DNA of 64,000 bases, from positions 27,590,001 to 27,654,000 of the forward strand of contig OX597838.1 in NCBI GenBank assembly GCA_951406725.2. The letters are read 5' to 3'. The DNA is from Octopus vulgaris. Its lineage: Eukaryota. Shown one piece after another: positions 38,411-52,690 of the stretch (the stretch's first letter is position 1; the number at the start of each line of letters is the position of its first letter). The translations under genes were made by a program, and so were the position numbers. The notes below the pieces were generated by a model. It saw only the letters and a program-made list of their open reading frames with translations, was not told the origin of the DNA and searched no databases.

Positions 38411-38943
38411 GAGTGAGAGAGTAGTGCATGCCATCAAAGTGACATTGGGGTAAAATATACGAAGCCCAGTATACCCATCATGACTACCCGTCTGATAAGG
38501 GTACACTAGGCACATGCATCACAACCATATGTGCGTGACATGGTGATCTCATATCAAGATAAACAGTGTATGACCTTGCAGGTGGGGCCCAGTTAGAATT
38601 TTCTTCTGGTCAAGTAGTCAATCCTGGTCAAAAGGTCCCTGAATAAGGATGTTGAACGAACCACCTATGTTTCCAGAGGTGAATTATCCAAACCCCCAAG
38701 AATCCCTCTCAACACATGGCCATGATGCTCCCCCACTACTTCTGCTTGTGATCAGAGATGTCAGCCACTAAGGGACATGCTCAATTGGTTAAGGTCAAAC
38801 AACTGACAAGCAAATCTGTGGTATTGAGCAGAATATTTGCTGTAGCCCATCTTTTATACAAAGACAAAACAATGTACATGATAACACTTCCAATCAGTTA
38901 AGATCAGAAACCATGAGAGCCACTGCCTTGTTCTGCATCAGGG

Positions 38944-38945
<2 letters not shown>
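38411..38945. mobile_element. Second copy of the (ATT)n-embedded ~550-bp element
   Basis: Homologous to 22870-23422, same orientation. Confidence 0.8.
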
Positions 38946-38997
<52 letters not shown>

Positions 38998-40395
38998 GGT
39001 GACATGCTGGTAGAATTGTTAGCATGCTGGACAAAATTTTTAGTGGCATTTTGTCCATCTTGACATTCCGTGTTCAAATTCTACAAAGGTTGTTATTATT
39101 ATTATGACAATGAGCTGGCTGAATTGTTAGCATACCAGGCAAAATGCTTATGGCATTTTGTGTGTTTTTATGTTCTAAGTTCAATTTCTACCTTGATCAA
39201 CTTTGCTTTTCATTCTTTCGGGGTTGATAAAATAAGTACTACTTGAAAACTGGGGTTGATGTAATCAACTAGTCCCCTACCCCAAAATTTCAGGCCTTGT
39301 GCCTATAGTAAAAGAGATTATTATTATTGTGCCGGTGGCAAATTGTAGTTGTGATACCTGTGCCAGTGGCACGTAAGAAGCACCATCCAAACGTGGCCGA
39401 TGCCAAGGCCACTTTCACTGGCTTCTGTGCCGGCGGCACGTAAAAAGCACCAATCTGATCGTGGCTGTTCCCAGCCTCCCCTGGCACCTGTGCCGGTGGC
39501 ACATAAAAAGCACCCACTACACATGGAGTGGTTGGCGTTAGGAAGGGCATCCAGCTGTAGAAACACTGCCAGATCAGACTGGAGCCTGGTGCAGCCTCCT
39601 GGTTTCCAGACCCCGGCCGAACCATCCAACCCATGCTAGCACGGAAAACGGACGTTAAACGATGATGATGATTATGGTAAAATTGGTAGTGTGTCTGCCA
39701 ATACACCTTGCAGTGTTTGGTTATGGATCTCTGTATTCTGAGTTCAAATCCTTCTTAAGTCACCTTTCCTTTGTGACCTTCTGTAGTTGATAAAGTACCA
39801 GAGAGCAAAGTGTATTAAACTGCTTTGCTCAAGGAAACAGTACAGCATTGGGTACATGCAGGAATTGAACCTGAAAAGGTATTGTCATGAGCCAAACACC
39901 TTAACCATAAGGCCACACACTTTTACTTTTGTAAACACATAGGAAGACAAAGGTGTGACTGAGTGGTTTAGAAGTTCACTTTTCAACCATGTGGTTTCAG
40001 GTTCAATCCCACTGTGCAGCACTTTGGACACGAATCTTCTGCTATAGCCTCAAGCTGACCAAAATCTTGTAAGTGGCTTTGGTAGATAGAAACTGAAAGA
40101 AGCCTGTGTGTGTTATCATATGGTGGAATGTAAATGCATTCTTGTACAAGAGATGTTGTTCATTTCTAGTTTTCTGTAACATCACATGATAGCTATAAAT
40201 GAGTGTCACTGGCATACAAGCAGTGTCCTTCGCTTCAAGTCTTCTGTGGAAAAAAGCATGTTTGGCCTTGCTTGGAAACAAGTCAGGGTTAATGAGAAAA
40301 TGGGTATCCAATCATAGAAAATCTGCCTTAACAATTCTGTCTGACCCATGGAAGCATAGAAAAATGGACATTAGATGATGATGATGATGACGACA

Positions 40396-40432
<37 letters not shown>

Positions 40433-41515
40433 TCAGTGGGTATGTGGTCACAAAAGAGTTTAATATTAATTATCAATTATCTCTCTCCCTCTCTCCACAT
40501 GAAGGTTTTGATTCCTAGACTGGGTGATGCACTGTGGTCTTGAGCAAAGCACTTCATTTCACATTGGTCCAGTTCACTCAGCTGGCAAAAAAAAAATGAG
40601 TAACCCTGCAAAAGACTAACCTCCCATGCAGAAGTGGAATAATTCAGTGGCCCCAGATGAGAAAGACGAAATATACTAAAACTGTATCGTTATTAAGAAT
40701 ACCAGAAATGAAATCTCGTTACAAGTAATGTCTCGTTAAAAGATATCGTGATAGGAATTTTTTTTTCATTTTTGGTATCTTACTCTTATTTTTCGAATAT
40801 TTTATTTTCTTAGAAAAATAAAACCAACAAAATTAGCAAAATTTTTGTTTGTATATTTTTCTTTTTTTGCTAGATGGTGGAGGTGAGGCATTAAATCTTT
40901 TTCTTCGTCATTTATTATAGATCTCACTATACATATCTTAACGAATTCCTTCACCTGTACATATATATATATATATATATTTATATAAATATAAATAAAG
41001 TACATTATTTTTACTCTTCTCTGCAGGACACATTTTCATTATTGGTTTTTGACAGCTGTCATTAAAAGCTATTTGAAACCCCAATCCCATCTCCTGTCTC
41101 ATTCGCTCTCTTCCCCACCCCCACCCCATGCAAAATCACCGTTAAATATTTGAAGTAAAACAAATAAATGGACAAAAGATATGAAAAATATTAATAGATT
41201 AAAAGCTGGAAAACCATAAATTCAAAAAATTTATTTCAGTTTTAGATTTGTTTTATTTGTCTATAATGTATGTGTGTGTGTGTGTGTGTGTGTAGGCATG
41301 GCAGTTTAGTCACATATTTAAATGTATTCATGTGGATATATATATATATATATATATCAAATGATGTGTGTGTTTATATATTTAGTCTAGTTGTGGTTTA
41401 CCCTTGGCCAGGTCTTGTACATGTTAACCTTCTTCAGCACTCTCAAAACAACCCGGAAGGACCCATGTGCTACTGGAATTATGGCCATCCATGATGAAAG
41501 ACTTGGGATTTATAC

Positions 41516-41750
41516 TGCGGCGAGCTGGCAGAATCGTTAGCGTGCCGGGCGAAATCCTTAGCGGTATATCGTCTGCCGCTACGTTCTGAGTTCAAATTCC
41601 GCCGAGGTCGACTTTACCTTTCATCCTTTCGGGGTCAATAAATTAAGTACCAGTTACGCACTGGGGCCGATATAATCGACTTAATCCGTTTGTCTGTCCT
41701 TTGTTTGTCCCCTCTGTGTTTAGCCCCTTGTGGGTAGTAAAGAAATAGGT
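41516..41750 (+). mobile_element. SINE family B
   Basis: Young full-length copy; others at 33781-33958 (-), 44463-44690 (-) and 47565-47795 (+). Confidence 0.88.
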
Positions 41751-41988
41751 TTCCCATTGCCTTCACCAGGCATGAGGGATTTCAGCTCAGAATATAGGGA
41801 GTCAGAAGATATACCATAAAGCATATTTGCTGAGGCCCCAAACAGTTCTGGTACACTCGCACCCACGAGGGCAATGTGAAATGAAGTGTTTTGCCCAAGA
41901 ACACAATGTGCTACCTGATCCAGGAATCGAACCCATGGTCTGTCGATCATGAGTGCAACACCTTAACTACTAGGTCACATGACTTCAC

Positions 41989-42027
<39 letters not shown>

Positions 42028-42100
42028 GTTTTTTTTTAAAGTTATTATCATGCGACATACATACGTAGTAATCATGTAGTAAATATACATGCTCAAATAC

Positions 42101-42135
<35 letters not shown>

Positions 42136-42917
42136 GTCCACACAATTTCACTTACGTGCTAATTATATGGCACATACTAATTTTAGTGTGTGTGTATATA
42201 TATATAGGTATAGATATATGCTAATTTTAGTATACATACACAAACACTAATTAAATACACACACCCACAAACTCATATTAATCATAAATATGTATATATA
42301 TATACGCATACAGTATGTGTACATACAAGAAGCATATAATGTGTGTGTCTATGTGTGTATGTCTTTACATACCATGTGTCAAGAAAATGTTCCCCATAGT
42401 AAATCAACTTTGTCACAAGTAAGAGTCACCTGACAGAATTAATCACAGAACCAATTACCAGGAGTAATTAGAAATGTCCAACTGTTGTCTGCGTATTTGT
42501 TTGTAGTGAATGTATGTATGTATGTGTGCGGGTATGGATGGGAGTGTATGTGGTGTGTCGATCCATTTCGCACCACTTTCTGAAAAGTTTATGTAATAAA
42601 TAAATAAAAGTTACCATACAAAATTCAATTACCTTAAAAGGTAAAATGAAAAACAGCAATCGAAAATATTTACTTGGACCAGACTTTTCACATCCTCCTC
42701 AACCACCACCATCATCACAATCATCATCATCATTATCATCCTTCTCTTCCTTATCATCAGTATTCATCAACCCTATCATCATCATCATCATCATTACTAT
42801 GATTGTCGCCTTCAACTTTATCACAATCATCTCCATCACAATAATCACCTGCCATCATTATTATCCCAGACACCATCAACACCATCACTATTATTATTAT
42901 CATTATTATTATTATTA

Positions 42918-44088
42918 AAGGTAGTGAGCTGGCAGAATTGTTAGTACCCCAGGTAAAATGCTTAGCAGCATTTTAGCTGTCTTTACGTTCCGAGTTCAAA
43001 TTCTGCTGAGGTCAACTTCGCCTTTCATCCTTTTGGGGGTTGATAAATTAAGTACCAGTTGAGCACTTGGGTCGATGTAATCAACTAGTCCCCTCCGGCC
43101 AAATTTCAGCCTTATTCCTTCAGTTGAAAGGATTATTATTATTATTATCATTATTATTATTATTATTATTGTTATTATTATTATTATATAAGGTAGTGAG
43201 CTGGCAGAGTCGTTAGCACGCTGAGTAAAATTCTTAGCATTTTGTCTGAGTTCAAATTCTGCTGAGGTCGACTTTGCCTTTCATCCTTTCGGGGTCAGTA
43301 ACTTAAGTACCAGTCAAGTAGTGGGATTGATGTGGTCAACTTTCCCCATGCTTCCACCCACCCCCTCAAAAATTTCAGGGTTATTATTATTGGCATAATC
43401 GTTAGTGTGCTGGGCTAAATGCTTAGCGGTATTTCATCTACTGCTACATTCTGAGTCCGAATTTCCACCGAGGTCAACTTTGCCTTTCATCTTTTCAGGG
43501 TTGATTAAGTAAGCACCAGTTATGCACTGGGGTCAATGTAATCGACTTAATCCCTTCCCCTACATTTCAGGCCTTGTGCCTACAGTAGAAAGTATTATTA
43601 TTATTATTATTATCATTATTAAGGTGGCAAGCTAACAGAGTCATTGGCACAGCAGGCAAAATGCTTAGCAGCATTTTGTCTGCCTTTACATCCTGAGTTC
43701 AAATTCTACTGAGGTCAACTTTGACTTACATCATTTCGGGGTCAATGAAATGAGTACCCATTGATCACTGCAGTTGATGTAATCAACTTACTCCCTCCCC
43801 CGACATTACTGGCATTGTGCTAAAATTTGAAACCACTATTATTATTATTATCATCATTATTATTATTATTATTATTAAGGCGTCAAGCTGATAGAATCTT
43901 AACCATGCTGGATAAAATGTTTAGAGATATTTCATCTGTCTTTACATTCTCAGTTCAAATTCTGCCATGGTCAACTTTTTGGGGGTCAGTAAAATAAGTA
44001 CCAGTTGAACAGTGAGATTGATGTAATTGACTACTCCCCACCCCCACCCCCTAAATTTCCAGATTTGTGCCTATAGTAGTAGAAAGAG
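42918..44088 (+). mobile_element. Cluster of five family B-related SINEs with an alternative 3' tail, separated by (ATT)n
   Basis: Heads at about 42918, 43191, 43392, 43621 and 43878; tails ...AAATTTCAGGCCTTGTGCCTA.AGTAGAAAG.ATTATT. Confidence 0.8.
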
Positions 44089-44877
44089 CCGCCAAACTGG
44101 CTCATGCCAGTGCCACCTAACTCGCTGCTGTGCCGGTTGCACGTAAAAGGCATCCAGCCTGTAGAAACCTTGCCAGATCAGACTGGAGCCTGGTGCAGCC
44201 TCCTGGCTTGCCAGTCCCCAGTCAAACCATCCAACTTATGCCAGCATGGAAAGCAGACATTAAATAATGATAATGATGATGATGCAGCAAGCTGGCAGAA
44301 ACATTAGCCCATCTGACAAAATGCTTAGAGGCACTTGTTCCGTCTCCTAGACTAACCCTCTTTCTGAGTAGTTGGGTTTTGGCCTCTCCATTGGCAAAAA
44401 ATGGTCAGGAATCACTGCTCTTCAGTAAGAAATCTGTTCTTCTCTGTTTGTTTACTGTTTCTTATTTCTTTTTTGCCCACAAGGGGCTAAACATACAGGG
44501 GACAAACAAGGACAGACAAAGGGTTTAACTTGATTACATTGAATCCAGTGTGTAACTGGTACTTAATTTATCGACCCCAAAAGGATGAAAGGCAAAGTCG
44601 ACCTCGGCGGAATTTGAACTCAAACATAGTGGCAAACAAAATACCGCTAAGCATTTCACCCGGCATGCTAACGTTTCTGCCAGCTCCGCCTTTTTTTCTT
44701 TTTCTTTTTTTTACTTCTCGCTTATTTTATTAGGCTTTATCTTTTCTCTCGACCAGACAGGGCCCCGGAACAATGGGATCCTGGGGCCGCCATTCGAGGT
44801 GTCGATGTTCACTGAGTCCTGCTATTCATATCAGTTCATGCAGATAGCCGTGCTCTTCATCAACAGACGAGCCCAGT

Positions 44878-44953
44878 GATCCCCCATCCAGGGATTTGAT
44901 CCCCCGTCCAGGGATTTGATCCCCCATCCAGGGATTTGATTCCTTATCCAGGG
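44878..44953. repeat. 20-bp tandem repeat x~4
   Basis: GATCCCCCATCCAGGGATTT units. Confidence 0.9.
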
Positions 44954-45544
44954 GGATCTACCGTTCATCTACTGTTTCTGTTACACATAAGCATATGATT
45001 TTGTATGTTTGTTGGTGTGTTTGTATCTGTGCACACATGCATGTTCACACACTATGTTTCCTTTCAGGCCACCTGTCACCACCACTACCTTTACCTCCAC
45101 CCCCAGTAATCTACACCACCACCACAACCATCATCATCATCATCATCACCACCAAGGCCCGACATGGAGGTTGCCTCAATGCCAGCCATTCTATTAATTT
45201 AGCTCTGCATAATTACAAATATACGAATAATTACTGTACCTTTAATTTCATTTCTTATCATTTGCCTACCTTCAAAAAAGGCAATTTGGTAAACAGGAAA
45301 ACCTGTCTTTGAAGATTCTTAACCAGATTTCTCTTAAGAAGTCTCTTGTTTCCATTGATGTAGACAAAGAGAAAACAAGTAAAAATGGAAAAAAAATGTA
45401 AAACAAAGACTTCAATAATTGGTGCCAATAGAAATACAATTCGATGGGATTTATTGATTTTTTTAAATATTATTTTTTTAACTTTTTCTCTTTGGCTTTT
45501 TTTCTTTGTTTTAGATCAGCCAAATCTAGTTTCCTTATTTGTTT

Positions 45545-45615
<71 letters not shown>

Positions 45616-45760
45616 CTTTTTCGTGTGCTAGAAACAAAAACACAAAATGTTGATGTCGATATATCATTCCTGGGCATAACGAACATAAAAGTAAATTTGA
45701 AAAGAATTTTCAATCACTTCCATATTATCTGTGTGTGTATATGTATGTACATACATACAC

Positions 45761-45839
<79 letters not shown>

Positions 45840-46349
45840 TATACACACACACACATATACAGATAGATAGTCCAAAAGGTATTAGCAACATGTGTGTGTG
45901 TGTATGTATGTATATGAAAAAGAGAAAGAGGTGGCTGGCATATATATGTACGCATATACATACGCATATATGAGAGATGTATACACATGCACATATATAC
46001 AAGCATATACATGCACACAATACATACATGTACAAAACATTTATATACACACACACATACATTATACATGATGAATTCTTAGTCATATATTAAGAGGAAC
46101 TTGCTACAAATGTTGCTTCTAGCAAATGTTTTCCACAAATATCATCATCATTATCATCAACATCCTTATTTTTTAAAAAATTTTTATCATCATCATCATC
46201 GGTAAGAATAGCATTTTAGATATAAATTCATACACACGCTCACATAAATGTAACACATTTTGCGTTTACCAGTTTAAATAGTGTTTCATATACAGTTTTA
46301 TGGCTGCCACTGTTTAAGAACCTACACATTGAAAATAAATTTACTGCTG

Positions 46350-46414
<65 letters not shown>

Positions 46415-48837
46415 AAATAAACTCCACCTTTTTTTTTATATCATTTGAAGTTGTATCTCTTTATTTTTAAAAGCATTTCCTTAAAACTGGTGAAGTGGGG
46501 TGGGATAAAAAATAAAATAAAAAAGACCTTCGGTTATTTATTCATTTCTTATCTGTCCCCATTGTTTTGGATCTTTCTCATCTTCTTTGTTTTATGTGAT
46601 AGATGAGAAAGAGTGAGAGAGCTGAGATCTTTCTAGAATAGTTACGTTGTGTTGGTTATATATTGGGCATTGGTAACAGTTTGGGTGGTGGTGGTGGTGG
46701 TTGTGTGCTAAGTTGATAATGGATCGATGCATTTAAAAAAAAAATGCTGTGAGGTTAGTAACCTCACAGAATAAATGGCACTCCCCGCTCTTACTGCTGC
46801 CAGCCACCCTATGCCCAAATATGGAATAAATGGACAGCAAGAAATTTTTGAAGTCTTAAAAAAAGAAACTTTCAAATGGTGTTGGGCTGGAATGGAACAG
46901 AATGAAATGCAATGAGGTGGAATCAGATCAAGAAAGAAACATGTGCAGTGATGCATTTCAACTACTGCAGTTGTAGTGAAGCCAGAACAAGTTTGAATAA
47001 GTTCAAGTTAGTTTTTATAGTGATCATAATATGAAAAGATAGACGTAACTCTTGTACTGTAGAACTAAAAGTAAAGTTTTATGGGAGAGGGAAGCTTAGT
47101 TCCTCTTCAATGGTAGTTAGTTCCTTACTGCCTACAGTTCTATTGTAGTGCCTTTAATTCTATAGTGGTATTTGGCCGTTGCCAGCCTCGCCTGGCCCCC
47201 GTGCCGGTGGCACGTAAAAAGGCACCATCCGTTCGTGGCCGTTGCCAGTGCCACCCTGACTGGCCTCGTGCCGGTGGCACGTAAAAAGCACCAACCGTTT
47301 GTGGCCGTTTGCCAGCTCCGTCTGGCACCTGTGCGGGTGGCACGTAAAAAGCACCCACTACACTCACGGAGTGGTTGGCGTTAGGAAGGGCATCCAGCCG
47401 TAGAAACACTGCCAGATCTGACTGGCCTGATGCAGCCTTCTGGCTTCACAGACCCCAGTTGAACCGTCCAACCCATGCTAGCATGGAAAGCAGACGCTAA
47501 ATGATGATGATGATGATGATGATGATGTATCTGCTATATTATAGTACTACCTTTAGTTCTATATGGTGGCGAGCTGGCAGAAACGTTAGCACACCGGGCA
47601 AAATACATAGCCGTATTTCGTCTGTCGTTACGTTCTGAGTTCAAATTTCGCCGAGGTCGACTTTGCCTTTCATCCTTTCGGGGTTAATAAATAAAGTACC
47701 AGTTTCGCACTGGGGTCGATGTAATCGACTTAATCCCTTTGTCTGTCCTTGTTTGTCCCCTCTATGTTTAGCCCCTTGTGGGCAGTAAAGAAATATATTA
47801 TCTACAGTTCCACTGTACCCCACAGTTGTTTAATACCTACCTACATTTCCATGCTGTCTTTTGAGGAATATGGATTTACTAGGAGAAGAGGATTCCCAGT
47901 CCCCTCCCATGCTCCTGCCCCTTTTAGTCACCTCTTACGCCACACAGGGAATACGGGGACTGCATTCTACCGATTCCCTGGTCGCAGGGAAGTTTGCTAG
48001 TTAACCAATAGCTGGGACCCTTACAGGTGCTACCACTCTGGGCCTGGGTAAACCTGGGAACAATAGTGGCTAAGAGGTGGTTCCACACTCCTCAAACCCT
48101 GAAACCAGGGCCCAAGGGTCCCACTACGGATGTAGTTTACAGACATTCCGAGGACTGAGCTGGAAAATGAATGGAATACCTGGTATGCATCTTGTTGTGG
48201 CTACCTCCTCCTAAAAAAATTGGGGATACAGTCTGGGTATGTATATATATATATATATATATATATCCATAGAACTACCTATAGTTCCACAGTGGTACAT
48301 ACACCTACAGTTCCACTGTACCACATAAGTTCCGTAAAACCTACCTACTGTTCTGTACCTTGGTACTACCTGTAGTTCCATAATACCATGTACAGCTCTA
48401 TAGTACCACCCACTGCTCCATTGTGGTACCTCTAGATACATTGTGGGGCCTAATGTTCTACAGTATCAGCTACAGTCTCACAGTGGTACATGCAATTTCT
48501 TGGTACTCACCTACAGTTAGATGGTATTACAGCCACTAAAAGCTAAATGTTTTGGCCATGGGCTCATTGCAGAGCGTACCGTCAATTATGTCAACACTTT
48601 ATTTCATACAATGAAAGCAAGACGAAGTTGACACAATGTAGGGGTAGTTTTGAAATCGGAAAGTAAAGTAACATAACTCAATGCTATGTGGCATTTTGTT
48701 TGCTGCTAAATTTTGAATATTACTATAACATTGTGAATTAATCGATGAAACTGTTCTCACTTCCTTCTCCATCCAGTGCTTGACGTAAATAATATTTTAT
48801 TTTAGTGACCAAACTCAAACTTCAGCAGGTGCAAGAT

Positions 48838-49215
48838 CAACCCCCACCTGGCCCGGAGTCCATCCCACCTGGTCCAGAGTCCACTCCACCAGGTCCAGGG
48901 TCCACTCCACCAGGTCCAGGGTCCACCCCACCAGGTCCGGAGTCCACCCCACCAGGTCCAGAGTCCACCCCACCAGGTCTGGAGTCCACCCCACCAGGTC
49001 TAGAGTCCACCCCACCAGGTCCTGGAGTCCACCCCACCAAGTCCAGAGTCTACCCCACCAGGTCCCGCGTTCACCCCACCTGGCCTGGAGTCCACCCACC
49101 TAACCCGTAGTCCACCCCCACCTAGCCTGGAGTCAACCCCACCAGGCCCCAATTCCACCCCACCTGGCCCAGAGTCCACCCCAACAGGCCTAGAGTCTAC
49201 CTCAGCAAACCCAAA
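48838..49215. repeat. 21-bp C-rich minisatellite
   Basis: CCAGGTCCAGAGTCCACCCCA units, about 17 copies, degenerating 3'. Confidence 0.9.
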
Positions 49216-49881
49216 GTCAATCCCTATGGACCAAAATCAAAACCAAGGCCAACGTCAACCCAAGCATGTTTTGAACTCTTTCAATCAATATTGTTAAAAA
49301 TCAAACCCACCACCACCACCAACACCCCTTTACCTTTGTGTCATTTTAATTTGATGTTTATTATGAAGGGTTACATTTTTTTTTTCTCTTTTTTTTTTTT
49401 TTTTTCCTATCTCATCATACAATTGTAATTGTGAACTTGTGTCTATTTCTTGGAACTAATCTTATCATACTCTGTGGGGAAACCACATTTGAGAATCCTA
49501 AAACATGATTTTGGATCTCTCTTCTTCTTTCTTTCATTCTTAACCACTTAAATATTTTTCTCCATCTGTATACAGAAATCAAATTGTTTTATTTTTCTTT
49601 CCCTAATAATTCTTTAGCTTTTTTATAATAATTTATTTTTTCTATGAATTTTCTAATTTGGAAGAAAGTTGTAAAATCCAAACCTAAATATGTTGGGAAA
49701 TCACTTAAAACTGGCTTCATTTAAATTACCAACATCTCCATTCAGTTTGTTTCCCCACTCAGTTTCTCCTCCTCCTACACCAATTAATTCCCCTTCCTCT
49801 TACCTCCACCCATTTTCATTCTTCTTTACCACCAATCTCAGTCTGTCTTTAGTCTTAACACTTTTGTCTTCTATTTTTCAG

Positions 49882-49956
49882 TATTTGGGCTGTATAGAAG
49901 TTTATGAATCGCGAGGTATGCAGGTCTGTGAGGAAGCAGTAAAATCTTTGAAATAT
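49882..49956 (+). CDS. numb: Numb PTB-domain exon (75 nt)
   Basis: YLGCIEVYESRGMQVCEEAVKSLKY, the Numb PTB motif YLGxVEVxESRGMxxCExAxKxL. Acceptor ctatttttcag ending 49881; donor gtaagt at 49957. Phase 0/0, in frame with the previous exon. Confidence 0.95.
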
Positions 49957-50241
49957 GTAAGTAGCCTTCTTTTAATCTTACCAATTCCTTCCATGGTGGC
50001 AAGAAACATTCCAAAGTATTTCTCTTGACACAGACTATTTCAATAAATCTACCTAGGAGAACAACAAGACAACCTCTGCATCACCAGCTCCTGACATTTT
50101 GATTACCAATCACCCTTTTTATTTAAATGAATTCTTCCATGGACCCCTAAATGTTTGACAAATCTTCCAATATTTATTTGTTTCTCATTTTTAATCTATT
50201 CAATGATGAATTCATTACTCTGTATATTTATTATGTAAGAA

Positions 50242-50626
50242 CTAGCAGTATCGCCCGGCGTTGCTCGGGTTTGTAAGGGAAATAACTATAAAGCATTTTT
50301 AGAGAGTTATAGCCAAAAAATAGCAAAAAAATGGGGGGGGAAATGATGGTAAATTTTTTTTGAGAGTTAAAAAGGTCGAGTTGCGTCCCCTAGACAGTCT
50401 GTGGTTTGTGTTTCTGATTCTCGACCCCATGTCGAATTTATCGATTTTTTTCAGAACTGGGGGAACTTTTCAAAATTTTCGCTGCGTTAGTTTTGAATTA
50501 TGACATTGGGCTATGTGTGTGTCAAGTTTCATCAGAATCGGTTGAAAGCCATGGTCAGGGTGAGGGTACAACCTAACAGACACACAGACACGCAGACACA
50601 CAAACTGCCGTTTATATAGAGAGAGA
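50242..50626 (-). mobile_element. Non-autonomous Helitron
   Basis: The minus strand begins TC(TCTCTCTATATA), ends with hairpin ACCCGAGCAACGCCGGGC followed by CTAG, and is inserted between A and T with no TSD. Confidence 0.85.
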
Positions 50627-52142
50627 TTAGGCATGGCTGTGTGGTTAAGAAGCTCACTTTGCGACCGCATGGTTTCAGGTTCAGTCCTACTGCATGGCAC
50701 TTTGGACAGTTGTCTTCTACTACAGTTCTGAGTTGACCAATGCCTTGTGAGTGAATTTAGTTGATGGAAACTGTGTGGAAGCCCATTGTGTGGGCTTAAG
50801 AAAGAAAACAGAAAAATAAGCCAAAGCAGTGACATTAGTTTGCTTGACTAAACCCTCCAAGGTGGTGCCCCAGCATGGCCACAGTCCAATGACTGAAACA
50901 AGTAAACAATAAAAGGTATATAGAAAACAATAACAGCTGTACAGCAATACACAGGAATCTTTGTCATTTGTTACATATCTTTGGGCTTGCAAACCCACAG
51001 TCTCTTATAAACTGTTCCTCAAATTAATTCCAATATTCACCCCCATCACCATAACCATCACCACCCAACAAGGTGATAAATGAAAATAATAACTTCAAAA
51101 AATTTTTCAAAAAACCAATTATTTTCTGTAAAAATCATTTCATTATTGGTTTTCTTTTGATATTTTCAAGGAGCTTGAAAAGTTCCAAAAATATTTTTAA
51201 AATATATATTTGTTTTTTCTTTTCAGACATTTAAATTTAGATTTTAAAACAAATATGTACCACCTACTTCAACTCAATCGGTTGTGGTGATTGACAGGGG
51301 GTGCATGGCTTAGTGGTTGGGGTATTCAGCTCGTGTGTATGGACATGTGTTCGATTCCCAGAGGTGTGTTGTGTCCTTGAGCAAGACACTTTATTTCATG
51401 TTGCTCCAGTCCACTCATATAGCAAAAATGAATTCTTAATTTATTTCAAAGGGGGCAACCTTGTCGCACTCATTGTGACATGCTGAATCTCTCTCAGATC
51501 TATATTAAGAATTCACGTGTCTATGGAGTGCTCAATCTTTTGCTCATTAATTACATGAGCCAAGCTAATCTGTTGATGAGATCAACTGGATCCCTTGCAG
51601 TGCCAGTTAGTTGGCTCTCGTTTTCTTCATGTTCCCCTAAAGGAAAGACAAAGTTATCTCCTCTGTCCCCTTTTTCATTCACACACACAAACCCTTCCCA
51701 TCCTGGTCCTGGACAAGGCTTATCATTTTTGTTATCAGTCTCTTTTGCTGAACCGCTAAGTTACGGAGATGTAAACACACCAGCATCGGTTGTCAAGCGA
51801 TGTTGGGGGAATAAACACATACACACAAACACACACATGCACACACATATATACACATATACGACAGGCTTCTTTCAGTTTCCATCTACCAAATCCACTC
51901 ACAAGACACTTGCCCAAGGTGCAGTTGGACTGGGTAACATTTTTGAAAAAAATTTTGTCTTGCTTTTTACAATTAATCCTACCTAATTTGATGGTGCTGG
52001 GTTCAGAAATGCCCTCAGAAATTTTCTATCCCGTCAAGTTTTTTGTTAAACAGGAATTCATTTTTTGTTACCAAAAAACGTCAGTTTTGTCATTAAATGC
52101 AAGACTGAAATAAGAAACTAACACAAACCAAATAGTACTTTT

Positions 52143-52540
52143 TGTGTGGTAAGTAGCTTGCTTACCAACCACAAGGTTCCGGGTTCAGTCCCACTGCGCG
52201 GCACCTTGGGCAAGTGTCTTCTACTTTAGCTTTGGGCTGACCAAAGCCTTGTGAGTGGATTTGGTAGACGGAAACTGAAAGAAGCCTGTCGTATATATGT
52301 ATATATATATATGTGTGTGTGTGTGTATGTTTGTGTGTCTGTGTTTGTCCCCCTAGCATCTCTTGACAACCGATGCTGGTGTGTTTACGTCTCCGTAACT
52401 TAGCGGTTCAGCAAAAGAGACCGATAGAATAAGTACTAGGCTTACAAAGAACAAGTCCTGGGATCGATTTGCTCGACTAAAGGCGGTGCTCCAGCATGGC
52501 CGCAGTCAAATGACTGAAACAAGTAAAAGAGATAAAAGAG
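52143..52540 (+). mobile_element. SINE family A
   Basis: Near full-length copy. Confidence 0.9.
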
Positions 52541-52690
52541 AACCATGTTTAATTACACATCTTAGAATAGATATTTCTACCAAAATGGAGTTTCAGGTAC
52601 TCAAGGAATGAACATTCTCTTTGCTGCATTAAGTGAATAAATGCATTGTGACAGTCTCTTTATGGTGACCTGCGGTAGACAGCATCGTGT

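Larger units (their letters stand above)
18505..49881 (+). other. numb: numb intron, 31,377 nt, GT-AG
   Basis: Joins VK|YLG, which are contiguous in Numb proteins; canonical splice sites. Confidence 0.88.

Noticed and set aside
47860-48200. Named SINE/RTE 5' domain
   Set aside because: Looks like decayed interspersed repeat, but I cannot assign the family reliably.
48805-49110. Collagen/mucin-like ORF (PPGPEST)n
   Set aside because: Translation of a 21-bp minisatellite; frame shifts at about 49020; no ATG or convincing donor.
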